In this document: positions 48,583 through 60,216 of the stretch, piece after piece
Layout of the letters: each line of letters begins with the position of its first letter
Position numbering within the stretch: the stretch's first letter is position 1
DNA from: Minisyncoccota bacterium
Lineage (GTDB): Bacteria > Patescibacteriota > Minisyncoccia > UBA6257 > 2-01-FULL-56-20
Assembly (NCBI GenBank): GCA_036510525.1
Contig: DATCDU010000034.1
Coordinates: forward strand, 976-64,975
Length of the DNA stretch: 64,000 bases
Reading direction: 5' to 3'
Made by a program: the position numbers and the translations under genes
The notes under the pieces: model-generated
What the model was told of the DNA's origin: nothing
What the model saw: only the letters and a program-made list of their open reading frames with translations
Databases searched by the model: none

Positions 48583-49476
48583 TTATTGCTGCGAAGGATA
48601 TACCTGTACATTATATCCCGGTGGTGGCGCGTAGTTGAGGTTGGTGTCGAAGTTTGCATGTCTCATCATATAAAACAGTCCGGCCCCGGCCAAGGCGGCG
48701 GCAAGAATAATAAGCAGTATCGGAACAAAAATTCCCACGATCGCACTCGTCTTGATGAATCCCGTCCCCTCTTTCGTTTGCATTTCCGCGAGCCCCGGCT
48801 TGCGCTCCCGCAAGTTTTGGAATATCACGTAGCTGTAGATCACGGCGTACGGGACGAAGAACGGCACAATAACAACAGACGCCAGGGAACCGACGATCTG
48901 ATTGCTCACGAGCGCGACTGGGATGCGGATGACGAGCATCGCCACAAGATAGACAAGCTCGAGCAGGAGAACCCTCCCAAGCACCGACCACCAATAGCCC
49001 TTCACATAATCTTTGCTCTGTCGCAGAGCATCAATGCCACGGCGGCCTTCGGTCACGAATACATAGATCGTCAATGAAAGCGCAACCCCGAGCCAGATGC
49101 CGGGGATGATGAGCATGAAGGATGCCCCGATCACCGCCAGGAATTCCAGGATCCCGACCCACACGAATGGCCAGAACCATCCGATGGTCGCCTTATATGA
49201 CGCGTCCACTCCTTCCAAGTGATGGACAGAATAAATGAGCGGCAGAATGCTGAAGGCAAAGACGACCCATCCGACAAAAAGGATGAGTATTCCGAGCGCA
49301 CTGATGAACGATCCGAGCTGTAGACCCACGAGCACCCCTCCCAAAATCACGACGAGTGTGGGCAGGAGGATGATCTCCATGAGCACGGACCACTGGGCTT
49401 TATAACGCTTCCACGTCTCGCCAAAAAGCGAGCCTATCGAGTGCAAGGCGATCTTTGGTGCCTCGTTTTTATCCAT
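48583..49476 (-). CDS. Multi-pass membrane protein (glycerophosphodiesterase membrane-domain-like)
   Basis: LLIIPG-like MLIIPGIW, DALRQS..YVKGYWW.VLGR. Confidence 0.75.
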   Translation of the reverse strand: MDKNEAPKIALHSIGSLFGETWKRYKAQWSVLMEIILLPTLVVILGGVLVGLQLGSFISALGILILFVGWVVFAFSILPLIYSVHHLEGVDASYKATIGWFWPFVWVGILEFLAVIGASFMLIIPGIWLGVALSLTIYVFVTEGRRGIDALRQSKDYVKGYWWSVLGRVLLLELVYLVAMLVIRIPVALVSNQIVGSLASVVIVPFFVPYAVIYSYVIFQNLRERKPGLAEMQTKEGTGFIKTSAIVGIFVPILLIILAAALAGAGLFYMMRHANFDTNLNYAPPPGYNVQVYPSQQ

Positions 49477-49587
49477 GCTTTAAGTATACCAAATCCGCTT
49501 GCCCTCCCTCGCCGCGGCAGCTTGCCATTTTATATATAATATGTTATAGTTTAACTCGTTCTTTAATTCTTGAATCGGAGGTGCCGT

Positions 49588-50127
49588 ATGGCACAAAGCA
49601 TTGGCGTGGTCTGTTGCTACAGCCCTGAGGCGAATGACACCAATAAACAGTATTGGGATTTCGTCATCCGACGCTGTAACAAAGGCCACTTCGATATCCT
49701 CTTCCTCTCCGGTGGATTCACGAGAGGGAAAAGCATGCCCAACGTCTCAGAAGCGGCGGCGGCATGTGAGTATATTCGACCGCGGCTTAAGAGCGAGGTG
49801 CATATCATCGGGGAAGAAGACTCCTACACCACGTGGGACAATCTCCAAAATGTTGCCGCGAGGGCAAAGGAATCGAAACTCATCTCCCCGGACAACAGCT
49901 TTACCTTCTTTTGCCACACCAGCAAGAAATTTCTGATCGAAAAGCTGGCGGTGTATTTCTTCGGTCGAGACATCTCCATCCTGGTCGAGTCAACCTATTG
50001 GAAAATGGGATTGATCGACAACGTGCTCCAGCCCATCGTGACGCTTGGGATGCTGTCGGCACGGCGTTGGCCATCCATTGCCGATACTTGGCGGAGGATC
50101 CAAATGTCACGCTACGCAAAAATGTAG
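49588..50127 (+). CDS. YdcF/DUF218-like protein
   Basis: LSGG, SEA, EEDSYTTWDN; GGAGGT SD. Confidence 0.65.
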   Translation: MAQSIGVVCCYSPEANDTNKQYWDFVIRRCNKGHFDILFLSGGFTRGKSMPNVSEAAAACEYIRPRLKSEVHIIGEEDSYTTWDNLQNVAARAKESKLISPDNSFTFFCHTSKKFLIEKLAVYFFGRDISILVESTYWKMGLIDNVLQPIVTLGMLSARRWPSIADTWRRIQMSRYAKM

Positions 50128-50227
50128 CACTGTACCCTTTTGGCCCCATGTTATGTGGGGTCTTTTTTTATTCTCTCTTGAACCGATCCTCGGTTCACTG
50201 CGCATCATACTGGATATCGATCGCTTG

Positions 50228-50302
50228 CGGGCCGGACGGGATTTGAACCCGTAACCTTCTCCGTGACAGGGAGACGCGATAACCGGATTACGCTACCGGC
50301 CC
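50228..50302 (-). tRNA. tRNA-Asp(GTC)
   Basis: Cloverleaf with TCTCC-CTGTCAC-GGAGA anticodon arm and G73. Confidence 0.95.
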
Positions 50303-50319
50303 TTTATAACAGGAACAGT

Positions 50320-50982
50320 TTATAGGTTCTGCACGAAAGAGTCAAAAGCTTTCTTTTTTCTCGGCAGGTACATATCTCCTTTATCATGATACATAAATTG
50401 GTAGATCTTCAGAGAATCGAAACTTGCATATTGCAATCGAAAAGCACGAGAATAATACAAGCTGCCACCATGAGTACCGGCAAAAATCCGTAACTGCTTC
50501 TTGAGAGAATATAAAAATTTTTCACTGCCTGAGGTAAAGCAAATTTTCAACGCTTGACTAGGATGTGATCTGTCAAAGGTATGAATAGTCCCCTTCCATA
50601 CATTCCCATCGCCATCAAAATAGCCACGCACAAAATGGCTAAAAAATACCTGGGGGATGTTAGGCATCGCGAGAACGTGTGTTTTATTTTGCATAAAGCC
50701 GATCTGTTCCAAGTCTTCAAACATACTCTTACATCCTATCTGTAAACGATAGATAGGCTTACAACTCAAACCCCTATTACGAACCGTGATTTTATTATTC
50801 GACCAAAGGAGTGTTCTGATCTTTTTCAACAGATCACCATCGGTAATTTGAAATTCTATATAATGGCCGCCACGCTTATTCCTACTCATGCTCCCATCCG
50901 CGGCAAAAAATCCAAGTACGTAGGCCATATTGCATGTCCACGTTTTAAAGAAATCTTCGCTTTTGGTTTTATGGATAGGCAT
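50320..50982 (-). CDS. Free-standing two-motif LAGLIDADG endonuclease-like protein
   Basis: AYVLGFFAADGS and FVRGYFDGDG. Confidence 0.9.
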   Translation of the reverse strand: MPIHKTKSEDFFKTWTCNMAYVLGFFAADGSMSRNKRGGHYIEFQITDGDLLKKIRTLLWSNNKITVRNRGLSCKPIYRLQIGCKSMFEDLEQIGFMQNKTHVLAMPNIPQVFFSHFVRGYFDGDGNVWKGTIHTFDRSHPSQALKICFTSGSEKFLYSLKKQLRIFAGTHGGSLYYSRAFRLQYASFDSLKIYQFMYHDKGDMYLPRKKKAFDSFVQNL

Positions 50983-50988
50983 ATATCC

Positions 50989-51022
50989 ATTAAAGCAAAA
51001 AGTGGATTAAAAAATCATTAAT
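50989..51022 (-). promoter_or_regulatory. Promoter of the free-standing LAGLIDADG gene with shared motif variant
   Basis: ATTAATGATTTTTTAATCC-ACTTTTTGC-TTTAAT-6 nt-ATG. Confidence 0.5.
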
Positions 51023-51038
51023 TTTTAAGTATTTCTGG

Positions 51039-53171
<2,133 letters not shown>

Positions 53172-53645
53172 TTATGGATAGGCCGCCGAGGAGGTAGAAT
53201 AACTGATATAGAATGCACGCTCGGAACCATTCGCGATCCCGCTCGAAATGACGGAGAGCACATTGGAACCGCTACATGTTGTGGTGGCCTCGCCCTGAGC
53301 ACTATAATCGGGATAACAATTCGTCTGCAGAGTGGCGCCGCTTCCGTTGAATGTCGGGAGTGTATAGTCGGTCGTGCCGGTCGTCACGTCCGGACATCGA
53401 TTGGCGCCCGATCCGTTAACGTCCGTCGCACAGTAGTGGTCGAACTGTGCCCATTCGATCCCGGCATCCGCAGTAAAGATCGCTTTCGCGGAGTTCTCCG
53501 AATCGGTCGTGGCGCGGATCTGGTAGAGCGTCAAAAGCCCGGCCACCGTCGTCGCGCCCAGGATGGCGCCCCCCAGTGAAAGCACGGCGATCAACATCGC
53601 CTGCCCGGAGCGCTTGCGACGATCGTATTTTGCTTCTCTTCTCAT
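53172..53645 (-). CDS. PilX-like minor pilin
   Basis: RSGQAMLIAVL prepilin-type N-terminus, AIFTADAGIE; start 6 nt after TATAAT. Confidence 0.75.
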   Translation of the reverse strand: MRREAKYDRRKRSGQAMLIAVLSLGGAILGATTVAGLLTLYQIRATTDSENSAKAIFTADAGIEWAQFDHYCATDVNGSGANRCPDVTTGTTDYTLPTFNGSGATLQTNCYPDYSAQGEATTTCSGSNVLSVISSGIANGSERAFYISYSTSSAAYP

Positions 53646-53726
53646 ATCTTCATTATACTCCAACAGATGAATATACGACTGCTTCGAGAGTTGAAATGTC
53701 TCTCGTCATAAAAACAGGCTGCGTTT

Positions 53727-54110
53727 TCACGCAAGCCTGTCGGTTCCTTCGAATAATTGTCTTTTTCCAATGTTAATGAGCTCCTCCGTGGTGGCTTCCT
53801 CCACATAACTAAAGCAGTCTATGCTGATAGATTTTTGCATCTTACCATCGGAGACAACGATATCAAGCAATATCCGACTGCTCTTACACCGTTGCCACTT
53901 TTCATACCAATGAGCTTCAAGAAAAAGATAGGGCTTTCCATGGGCCAATAAAGCTTCCCCTCCAAAGACCAAAAACTTCTCAGGTGGCACAACAATCGCC
54001 TCCCTGAGGTTCTTTAAGAAAGGCCTCGCTATCTTTTTCATGCGAAAAACATCCAGCTTTGATACATCTCCGTTACTCTTAACAGGAAACTGCTTTTTTC
54101 GAACACGCAT
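53727..54110 (-). CDS. Hypothetical protein downstream of the T-box
   Basis: 127 aa; AAGGAG SD 7 nt before the ATG at 54110. Confidence 0.55.
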   Translation of the reverse strand: MRVRKKQFPVKSNGDVSKLDVFRMKKIARPFLKNLREAIVVPPEKFLVFGGEALLAHGKPYLFLEAHWYEKWQRCKSSRILLDIVVSDGKMQKSISIDCFSYVEEATTEELINIGKRQLFEGTDRLA

Positions 54111-54177
54111 AATGATCTCCTTTTCAAAGAACGATTGCAAGCGGCTTCCGCCGTCGCCGAAAAGTTTTTTTACAAAC

Positions 54178-54400
54178 AAAAAAACTCCTCGTCTCCATAC
54201 ACACAAAAATGTGCGTACAGGGACGAAGAGTCTTGATAACTACTCCACGTGGTGCCACCCTATTTTGAGAACGGCGTGAAGCCATCCTCGCTCATTGACT
54301 CAGGCGCCTTGCGGCCGACATCAATTATCCCATGGTTACGGGGGAATCCGGATCTTCACTTATGCAAAGACCTCCTTGCCTTGCGGCAATCCGGGCCCGA
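54178..54400 (-). promoter_or_regulatory. T-box riboswitch (3' part; stem I not recognisable)
   Basis: AGGGTGGCACCACG at 54248-54261, antiterminator partner CGTCCC, overlapping terminator with U-run, CCCGTAA stem IIA/B-like element. Confidence 0.8.
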
Positions 54401-54638
54401 TGTCTCCGACTTGGACCTTATAAGAATGAATATCTCCCAATATTCCTCGTAGATTCCTTAAGAGGTCTACAAATTGTGTTTTTGCCAGTTCTTTATCTGT
54501 TCTTGCCAAGTAATCAGCTACATCTAAGCGCCCGCACCATTCCTCGAGAAGATCAATCTGATGGCTGACTGCCAAGAGTATCTCCTCGCTCGAGTTAAGC
54601 AGACTGGATTTGGAATCCACGATTGTTTGCTTATCCAT
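54360..54638 (-). CDS. Hypothetical protein
   Basis: 92-aa ORF overlapping the upstream stop; its 3' end runs into the T-box region. Confidence 0.4.
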   Translation of the reverse strand: MDKQTIVDSKSSLLNSSEEILLAVSHQIDLLEEWCGRLDVADYLARTDKELAKTQFVDLLRNLRGILGDIHSYKVQVGDIGPGLPQGKEVFA

Positions 54639-55635
54639 GGTCTTTTATTTGGTCTGCCAATAAGACCCTATCCACCTTGCCCGACGAGGTCTTGGGCAAT
54701 GTATCCTTAAGAAAAAACTTATAAGGGATCATATAATCAGGGAGTTTGGTCTTTAAAAATTCGGTCAAGCTCTTTTCTGTCAAAACTACTTTATCCAAAA
54801 CGCTATAAAAACAATATAATCTATTTCCGTATTTATCATCGGGAATAGCCACGACGACGAATTCATCAATGCCATCGGTCGCAGAGATAGCGGATTCCAC
54901 TTCGCCAATTTCGATCCTAAACCCTTTCACCTTGATCATGTGGTCCTTGCGGCCTCTATAGTGCAGGCATCCATCTGTATCTCTATGGCCAAAATCGCCC
55001 GTGCGCCAAAAAACTGCCGGATATTTATGAAAAGGGCTCAGAACCAAATGTTCTTTTGTCGAATCTTCCATCCCAAGATAGCCCAACGTAACGGTCCCCC
55101 CTCTGCACCAAAGCTCGCCGGATTCACCGGGTTCGCAGATTCTTTTTGAATCTTCAGATACGACGAGAATCTCTGTATCCTCGACAACATTTCCGAGCGG
55201 AATAGGCTCATCATTTTCGGGGATTTTATCCACCCAGTAATACGTTATAATATTGGTTTCGGTTGGACCATAAATATTGGCAATTCTCGCACCCGGAAGA
55301 GCTTTTTGTAGATTTCTCAACTGTGGCGTCGGGAATGGCTCACCAGCGTACATGACCTCTCTCAAGCACAGATCCGAATCGCTCAGTCCGCCTCTGTTCA
55401 TAAGCGTGATGAAGGTTGAAGGCGTAGTGTAGAGTATTGTCGCCTTCTCTCTTCCCATCAATGCCACATAATCGACATGCTTATTCTGATCCTCTCTTTT
55501 TTTATTCCAATCAAAACAGAGCAAGGTCGCGCCTGCCTTAAAGGTATTAAAAATATCAAAGACCGATAGGTCGAATTTAAACGGCGCGCGCGACATAATC
55601 CTATCTTGCGCCACAACGCCGAACTCTTTATGCAT
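54631..55635 (-). pseudogene. 5'-truncated amino acid adenylation (NRPS A-domain/DltA-like) enzyme
   Basis: A4 FDLSV, A5 NIYGPTE, A6 GEL..RG, A7 RTGD, A8 GRKD..IKVKGFRIE, A10 PKTSSGKVDR present; A1-A3 (P-loop) missing. Confidence 0.8.
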
Positions 55636-55637
55636 CC

Positions 55638-56052
55638 GACGTTGGGGGTTAATTTAATTGGCCCCTATCTATGTATTAAATACGTTTCCCAAACTATGCT
55701 AGAAAACGGTGGCGGAAAAATAATTAATATTTCGTCGACAAGCGGAATACACAGTTTTAGCCCAGATAGCATTGATTATGATGCTGCTAAAGCGGGTATT
55801 ATTGCCCTAACTAAAATTTTTGCCAAAGCTCTGGCGCCGAAGATATTAGTAAATGCGATCGCTCCTGGATGGGTAAACACTGATATGAATAAAGGGTTAT
55901 CATCTGATTTTCTCAAGAGCGAAAAGGAGGAAATATATCTCCGGAGATTTGCTCAACCAGAAGAAATTGCAAAAGCTATATTATTTATGGCGAGCGAGGA
56001 TGCTAACTATATAACGGGCAGCGTGCTGATTATAGATGGTGGACATGATTGA
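55638..56052 (+). pseudogene. 5'-truncated SDR oxidoreductase (FabG-like)
   Basis: VNLIG, IINISS, YDAAK, VNAIAPG, IDGG present; TGxxxGxG and NNAG missing. Confidence 0.8.
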
Positions 56053-56119
56053 TTTCCATACTGTCCATTGAGAATCCTTCGTCACACAATATCCTTAGTG
56101 TGAGTGCGTTATAATCAAC

Positions 56120-57184
56120 ATGATGAAATTTAGTCCCCTCCCAAAACTCCGCCCCGGCGACAAGCTAGCCATCGTCTCGCCGTCGTTCGCGGCACCCGGT
56201 AAGTGGCCGCACGTTTACCAACTAGGACTGCAACGATTAAGGGATATCTTTCAGCTCGAGCCCGTGGAATTCCCTGCCACTGCAAAGCTCGGCGCGTCAA
56301 AAGAAGAACGGGCGAAAGATCTGATCGCCGCGTTCGAGAACAAAGAGATCAAAGCGGTGATCGCGTCGCTCGGCGGCAATGACCAGGTGACATACATCAA
56401 AAACCTGCCACCGGAACCGTTCATCAAAAATCCCAAACCGTTCTTCGGCTTCAGCGATAACACCCACTTTGAAAATTTTCTCTGGCTCCATGGCATTCCG
56501 TCATATTATGGCGCATCGCTCTTTACTCAGTTTGCGATGCAGGGGCGCATGGACCCATACACGATCGAGTATCTTAAACACGCGTTCTTCGACGAGGGGG
56601 AGTTCGAGCTGAGACCGAGCGACACGTTCAATGAAATGGGGCTCGGCTGGGATGATCCGGGGAACCTTGCAAAAGAGCGTGTATATGAAAAGAATGACGG
56701 CTGGTATTGGGACGAGAGTGTGCAGAACGGCGCGGGCGTCCACGTACAAACACAAGGCACCACCTGGGGCGGCTGCGTTGAATCCATTGACGAGCTCCTG
56801 CGGCACGGCGTCGCCATCCCCTCCCTCACCAACTTCGAAGATATCGTGCTCATCGCCGAAACGTCCGAGGAGATCCCGTCGCCCGATTACGTATTCCGGG
56901 TTTTCCGCGCGCTCGGCGAACGGGGCATCTTGGAAAGGATGAGAGCATTGATCGTCGGCAGGCCGAAGGCGTGGGAGTTCAACAAGCAAACCACACCCGA
57001 TGAACGACGCGCGTATCGGGAAGCAATGCGTGAAAAAGTTCTGCGTGTGGTGCGAACGTACAACAAGACCATCCCCGTCATTCAGAATTTTAATATCGGC
57101 CACACCGATCCGCAGATCGCGATGCCGTTTGGGAGAATTATAAAAATAGATACGACAGCGAAAAGAGTTTTTGCGGAATTCTAA
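56120..57184 (+). CDS. S66 family peptidase (LD-carboxypeptidase/MccF-like)
   Basis: GFSDNT (Ser), ETSEE (Glu), GHTDPQ (His) catalytic triad. Confidence 0.92.
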   Translation: MMKFSPLPKLRPGDKLAIVSPSFAAPGKWPHVYQLGLQRLRDIFQLEPVEFPATAKLGASKEERAKDLIAAFENKEIKAVIASLGGNDQVTYIKNLPPEPFIKNPKPFFGFSDNTHFENFLWLHGIPSYYGASLFTQFAMQGRMDPYTIEYLKHAFFDEGEFELRPSDTFNEMGLGWDDPGNLAKERVYEKNDGWYWDESVQNGAGVHVQTQGTTWGGCVESIDELLRHGVAIPSLTNFEDIVLIAETSEEIPSPDYVFRVFRALGERGILERMRALIVGRPKAWEFNKQTTPDERRAYREAMREKVLRVVRTYNKTIPVIQNFNIGHTDPQIAMPFGRIIKIDTTAKRVFAEF

Positions 57185-57480
57185 AAGGCCGGGTTAAAAA
57201 AACGAATCGCATATGGACAGATAGTAGAAAGGCCACGCTTTGATGTGCGTGGCCTTCTGGCGAACCCTGAGCGCGGTTCCAATTCCCCGAAATGAGGTGT
57301 CTCGCTTTATGGCAAAAGCGAAAACTTTGGCGCTTGGGCTCTGCCAAACTTATGAGTTCTCAGACTTCAAGAACTGATTCTATAATACACCATAGGATAG
57401 CGGTGTCAAGCCTCCAGAGGCCTTGGAAAATGCTGGCTGGCGGTCCATACCGCAACCGCCAGCCGAACATCCTGGCCATC

Positions 57481-58017
57481 TCAGCGCCAAACAACAGCGC
57501 CTTGATAACCGGTCTGGAGTTGTACACGCTTATCAATGCCCCCGAGAGCCCTCATATTATTGAAACCGTCATACCAGTGCCCTGTAGCTTTCGCCACAAG
57601 AACTAGCACGGCGATCCGCCTGTGCCCCCCACGATAGAGCCGCCGGCTGAGCAAGTCCACGCCGAGGTCTGCCAACACGTTCAGGGATGCTACCCCGGAC
57701 GCATTGCGATCTCCAACGAAACGAGTCCATCCAGCTTCTCTCATCGGCCACGACATCAGAAACTTCCCTGACGTCGTGTACGCATTCGTAGGACGCTCCA
57801 ATCCATCGACGGTGGTCTTCATATCAACCACCGTCCCTCCGGCAAAGTACGCCTCCGACGCGAGGTGAATCCAATCCCTTTTCGGGACCTTCTCCACCTG
57901 CCTCAGAGCCGTTGGCTCATCCGGAAGGGATTGAAACTGGGCTAAGGCGTGCATCCGGCTTATCAGGCCGAACGCGATCAATAACATGAGTTTGGGAACA
58001 TTGGTAGACAATGCCAT
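57481..58017 (-). CDS. Secreted or membrane hypothetical protein
   Basis: Signal peptide ending ALA-Q, then SLPDEP; purine-rich SD. Confidence 0.65.
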   Translation of the reverse strand: MALSTNVPKLMLLIAFGLISRMHALAQFQSLPDEPTALRQVEKVPKRDWIHLASEAYFAGGTVVDMKTTVDGLERPTNAYTTSGKFLMSWPMREAGWTRFVGDRNASGVASLNVLADLGVDLLSRRLYRGGHRRIAVLVLVAKATGHWYDGFNNMRALGGIDKRVQLQTGYQGAVVWR

Positions 58018-58222
58018 TTGTCTACCCCCTTTCTATGGAATTGGAACTAAGGAATATTGTACCATAGAAAATGAAGCTTGTATAGCGCCGGTAAATACTG
58101 AGCAAAATCGACCCTTTACTTTTTAGCAAAAATCTGCTATAGTTGTTCCCAGTAATACCGTAACCTGCAATCATTGCAAGTCACACAAATTGAATAAGAT
58201 TTGAACTGAAAGGAGCACCACC

Positions 58223-60145
58223 ATGCGCAAAGCCATTATGGCGTCTGCAGTGTCCTATGCGTCCAGGCTTCGTTGCCTGGTCGTTGCCCTCACGTTCGTA
58301 ACCCTGATCGCTGCCGGCTGCGGCGGAAGCGGCGGTGGCGGAGGCCTTACAAATCCTCCCACCCCAAAATCGGTAAGCAACAGTTGCAATCCGTACTCGA
58401 TTAACACGACACAGACCTCAACGTGCCAAGGCGTTGTCACTTACAGCGACGGAAGCACGAGCAATAAGGTCTCGTACACGATGTTGGCCGGATCGGTCGG
58501 ATCGGTCACTTCAGCGGGCGTCTTCTCGTCTGCTGTCGCCGGTTCCGCAACTGTCGTCGCCACGTCCACCGAGAATAGCACCATATCTGGCAACTCGGCC
58601 ACAATCACGGTTACCGCAGCTTCTGTCACCGTTTCTTCGGTGAGCATGGCGCTCAATCCGACGAGCGGTGCGATCACCATGGGACAGACGCTGACATGCA
58701 CTGGGACCGTTACATATAGTAGCGGCCCGCCAGACAACAATGTCAACTACACCGCCACCGACGGCACAATCACTTCTTCGGGAGTGTTCTCGCCGACGGC
58801 TCCGGGACCAGCGAGCTGCAAAGCAACTGCCGTCAAGGACTCTACCAAGTCCGCGACGGGCAACATTACGGTTACCGCAGCTCCGCCTACCCCAATCGTG
58901 ATCAGCGGCATCTCGCCGAACTGGTTCTTCAACCCCACGGCCTTTGGCCCGCTGATGACCATCACGGGATCCGGATTCGCTGGCGGACAACTGTTTTACT
59001 TTTCTGGGTATCCAAATCCCGGAACGGTATCGCAGGGAAATCCTTCGACGACGATCCAGTTCTCACTGAACGGTCAGATGCGTCCGCGGCTCGTAAACGT
59101 GTACGGAACGCAAGCCGATGGAACGGGAAAGTCCAACACCGTACCGTTTGCAACGCTTGGCACCATGCCGATCGCAGCCGCCTGCAATGACTACATCTTT
59201 GCAGACAGCCAGGGGCCGGGCAGTGTCCGTCGCTTTAATCGGACGGACGGAACATCCACGGACTTCAGCACGGGGACGTATAACGGAGGGATTGCGGCTG
59301 ACTGCAACTCCGATGGGACAACGAACTTCGTGATCATCAATGAGGGGAAAGGCCTTTCCTGGGCTGATAAAACTTGGACTACGGGGAGCGGCGCAGGAGA
59401 TGGTAATTCTATCAGCGCCGTCGAGGCAAATAACCATGTTGCTTGCACGATCGAACCATCAGCGCACGAGGTGTGGTGCGTATCGCTCGCGGGAGTATCT
59501 TCTACCCAGAAGTTCTCTCCCGCAATCGGCACACCGGAAGCACTCGGCATGACGGGCGCATGCGGTGGAACCACACTGTTCGTACTCGACGCGCAGGGAG
59601 ACGGGACGAACCCCGTGCTGTACTCCTTCTCCGTAGGCACGGATGGCACACTGACTCCGGGCAAATCGGTCACCCTGCCGGGATTCACTCCGGCAAGCAA
59701 GTTCACGCAGGCAGAACTTGAAAACTTCGTGAACTGGCAGGTCAGCGTTTCGCAAACGTCCTGCACGGCCGCCGTGATGGCACCCGTGCTGAACGCCTCT
59801 GCTGGAACCGTGAGCTTCTCGCTCGCGGTCGTGAACGGTACGACCATGACCGAGACAACAAGCAGTGTCGTGGCATTGCCTTCGGGATCAAACCTGATCT
59901 CGGAGGATGATGTGCACAGCGCAACGCTTGTCTACGTCGCAGACGTATCGGGTACCTCGGGCGTGAGCCGCACCTGGTCACGCGCGAACACCGCATCCGG
60001 AGCGTTGACCCAACTCTCCTCAACCTCAACGATCCTGAACGTTGGCCCGATCCTCTCCCCCGATGGGAGCACGATCGACGTCATCGGCTGGGATCCGGCA
60101 AATGATTCGGCCGGACTGGAACTACAGTCCGTACCGAACAAGTAG
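58223..60145 (+). CDS. Lipoprotein with tandem Ig-like domains, IPT-like domain and probable beta-propeller
   Basis: IAAGC lipobox, two GxxTSxGVF Ig repeats, ISGISP...TITGSGF; AAGGAG SD and downstream terminator. Confidence 0.8.
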   Translation: MRKAIMASAVSYASRLRCLVVALTFVTLIAAGCGGSGGGGGLTNPPTPKSVSNSCNPYSINTTQTSTCQGVVTYSDGSTSNKVSYTMLAGSVGSVTSAGVFSSAVAGSATVVATSTENSTISGNSATITVTAASVTVSSVSMALNPTSGAITMGQTLTCTGTVTYSSGPPDNNVNYTATDGTITSSGVFSPTAPGPASCKATAVKDSTKSATGNITVTAAPPTPIVISGISPNWFFNPTAFGPLMTITGSGFAGGQLFYFSGYPNPGTVSQGNPSTTIQFSLNGQMRPRLVNVYGTQADGTGKSNTVPFATLGTMPIAAACNDYIFADSQGPGSVRRFNRTDGTSTDFSTGTYNGGIAADCNSDGTTNFVIINEGKGLSWADKTWTTGSGAGDGNSISAVEANNHVACTIEPSAHEVWCVSLAGVSSTQKFSPAIGTPEALGMTGACGGTTLFVLDAQGDGTNPVLYSFSVGTDGTLTPGKSVTLPGFTPASKFTQAELENFVNWQVSVSQTSCTAAVMAPVLNASAGTVSFSLAVVNGTTMTETTSSVVALPSGSNLISEDDVHSATLVYVADVSGTSGVSRTWSRANTASGALTQLSSTSTILNVGPILSPDGSTIDVIGWDPANDSAGLELQSVPNK

Positions 60146-60216
60146 CATTAGTCAAACTCAAAAGGCCCCGCTCTCGCAACAGAGAGCCGGGCCTTCTTTT
60201 TATTTATTTTTTTCCT

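Noticed and set aside
54360-54638. Acyl or peptidyl carrier protein partner of the adenylation enzyme
   Set aside because: The size fits, but there is no GxDSL-type phosphopantetheine serine motif.
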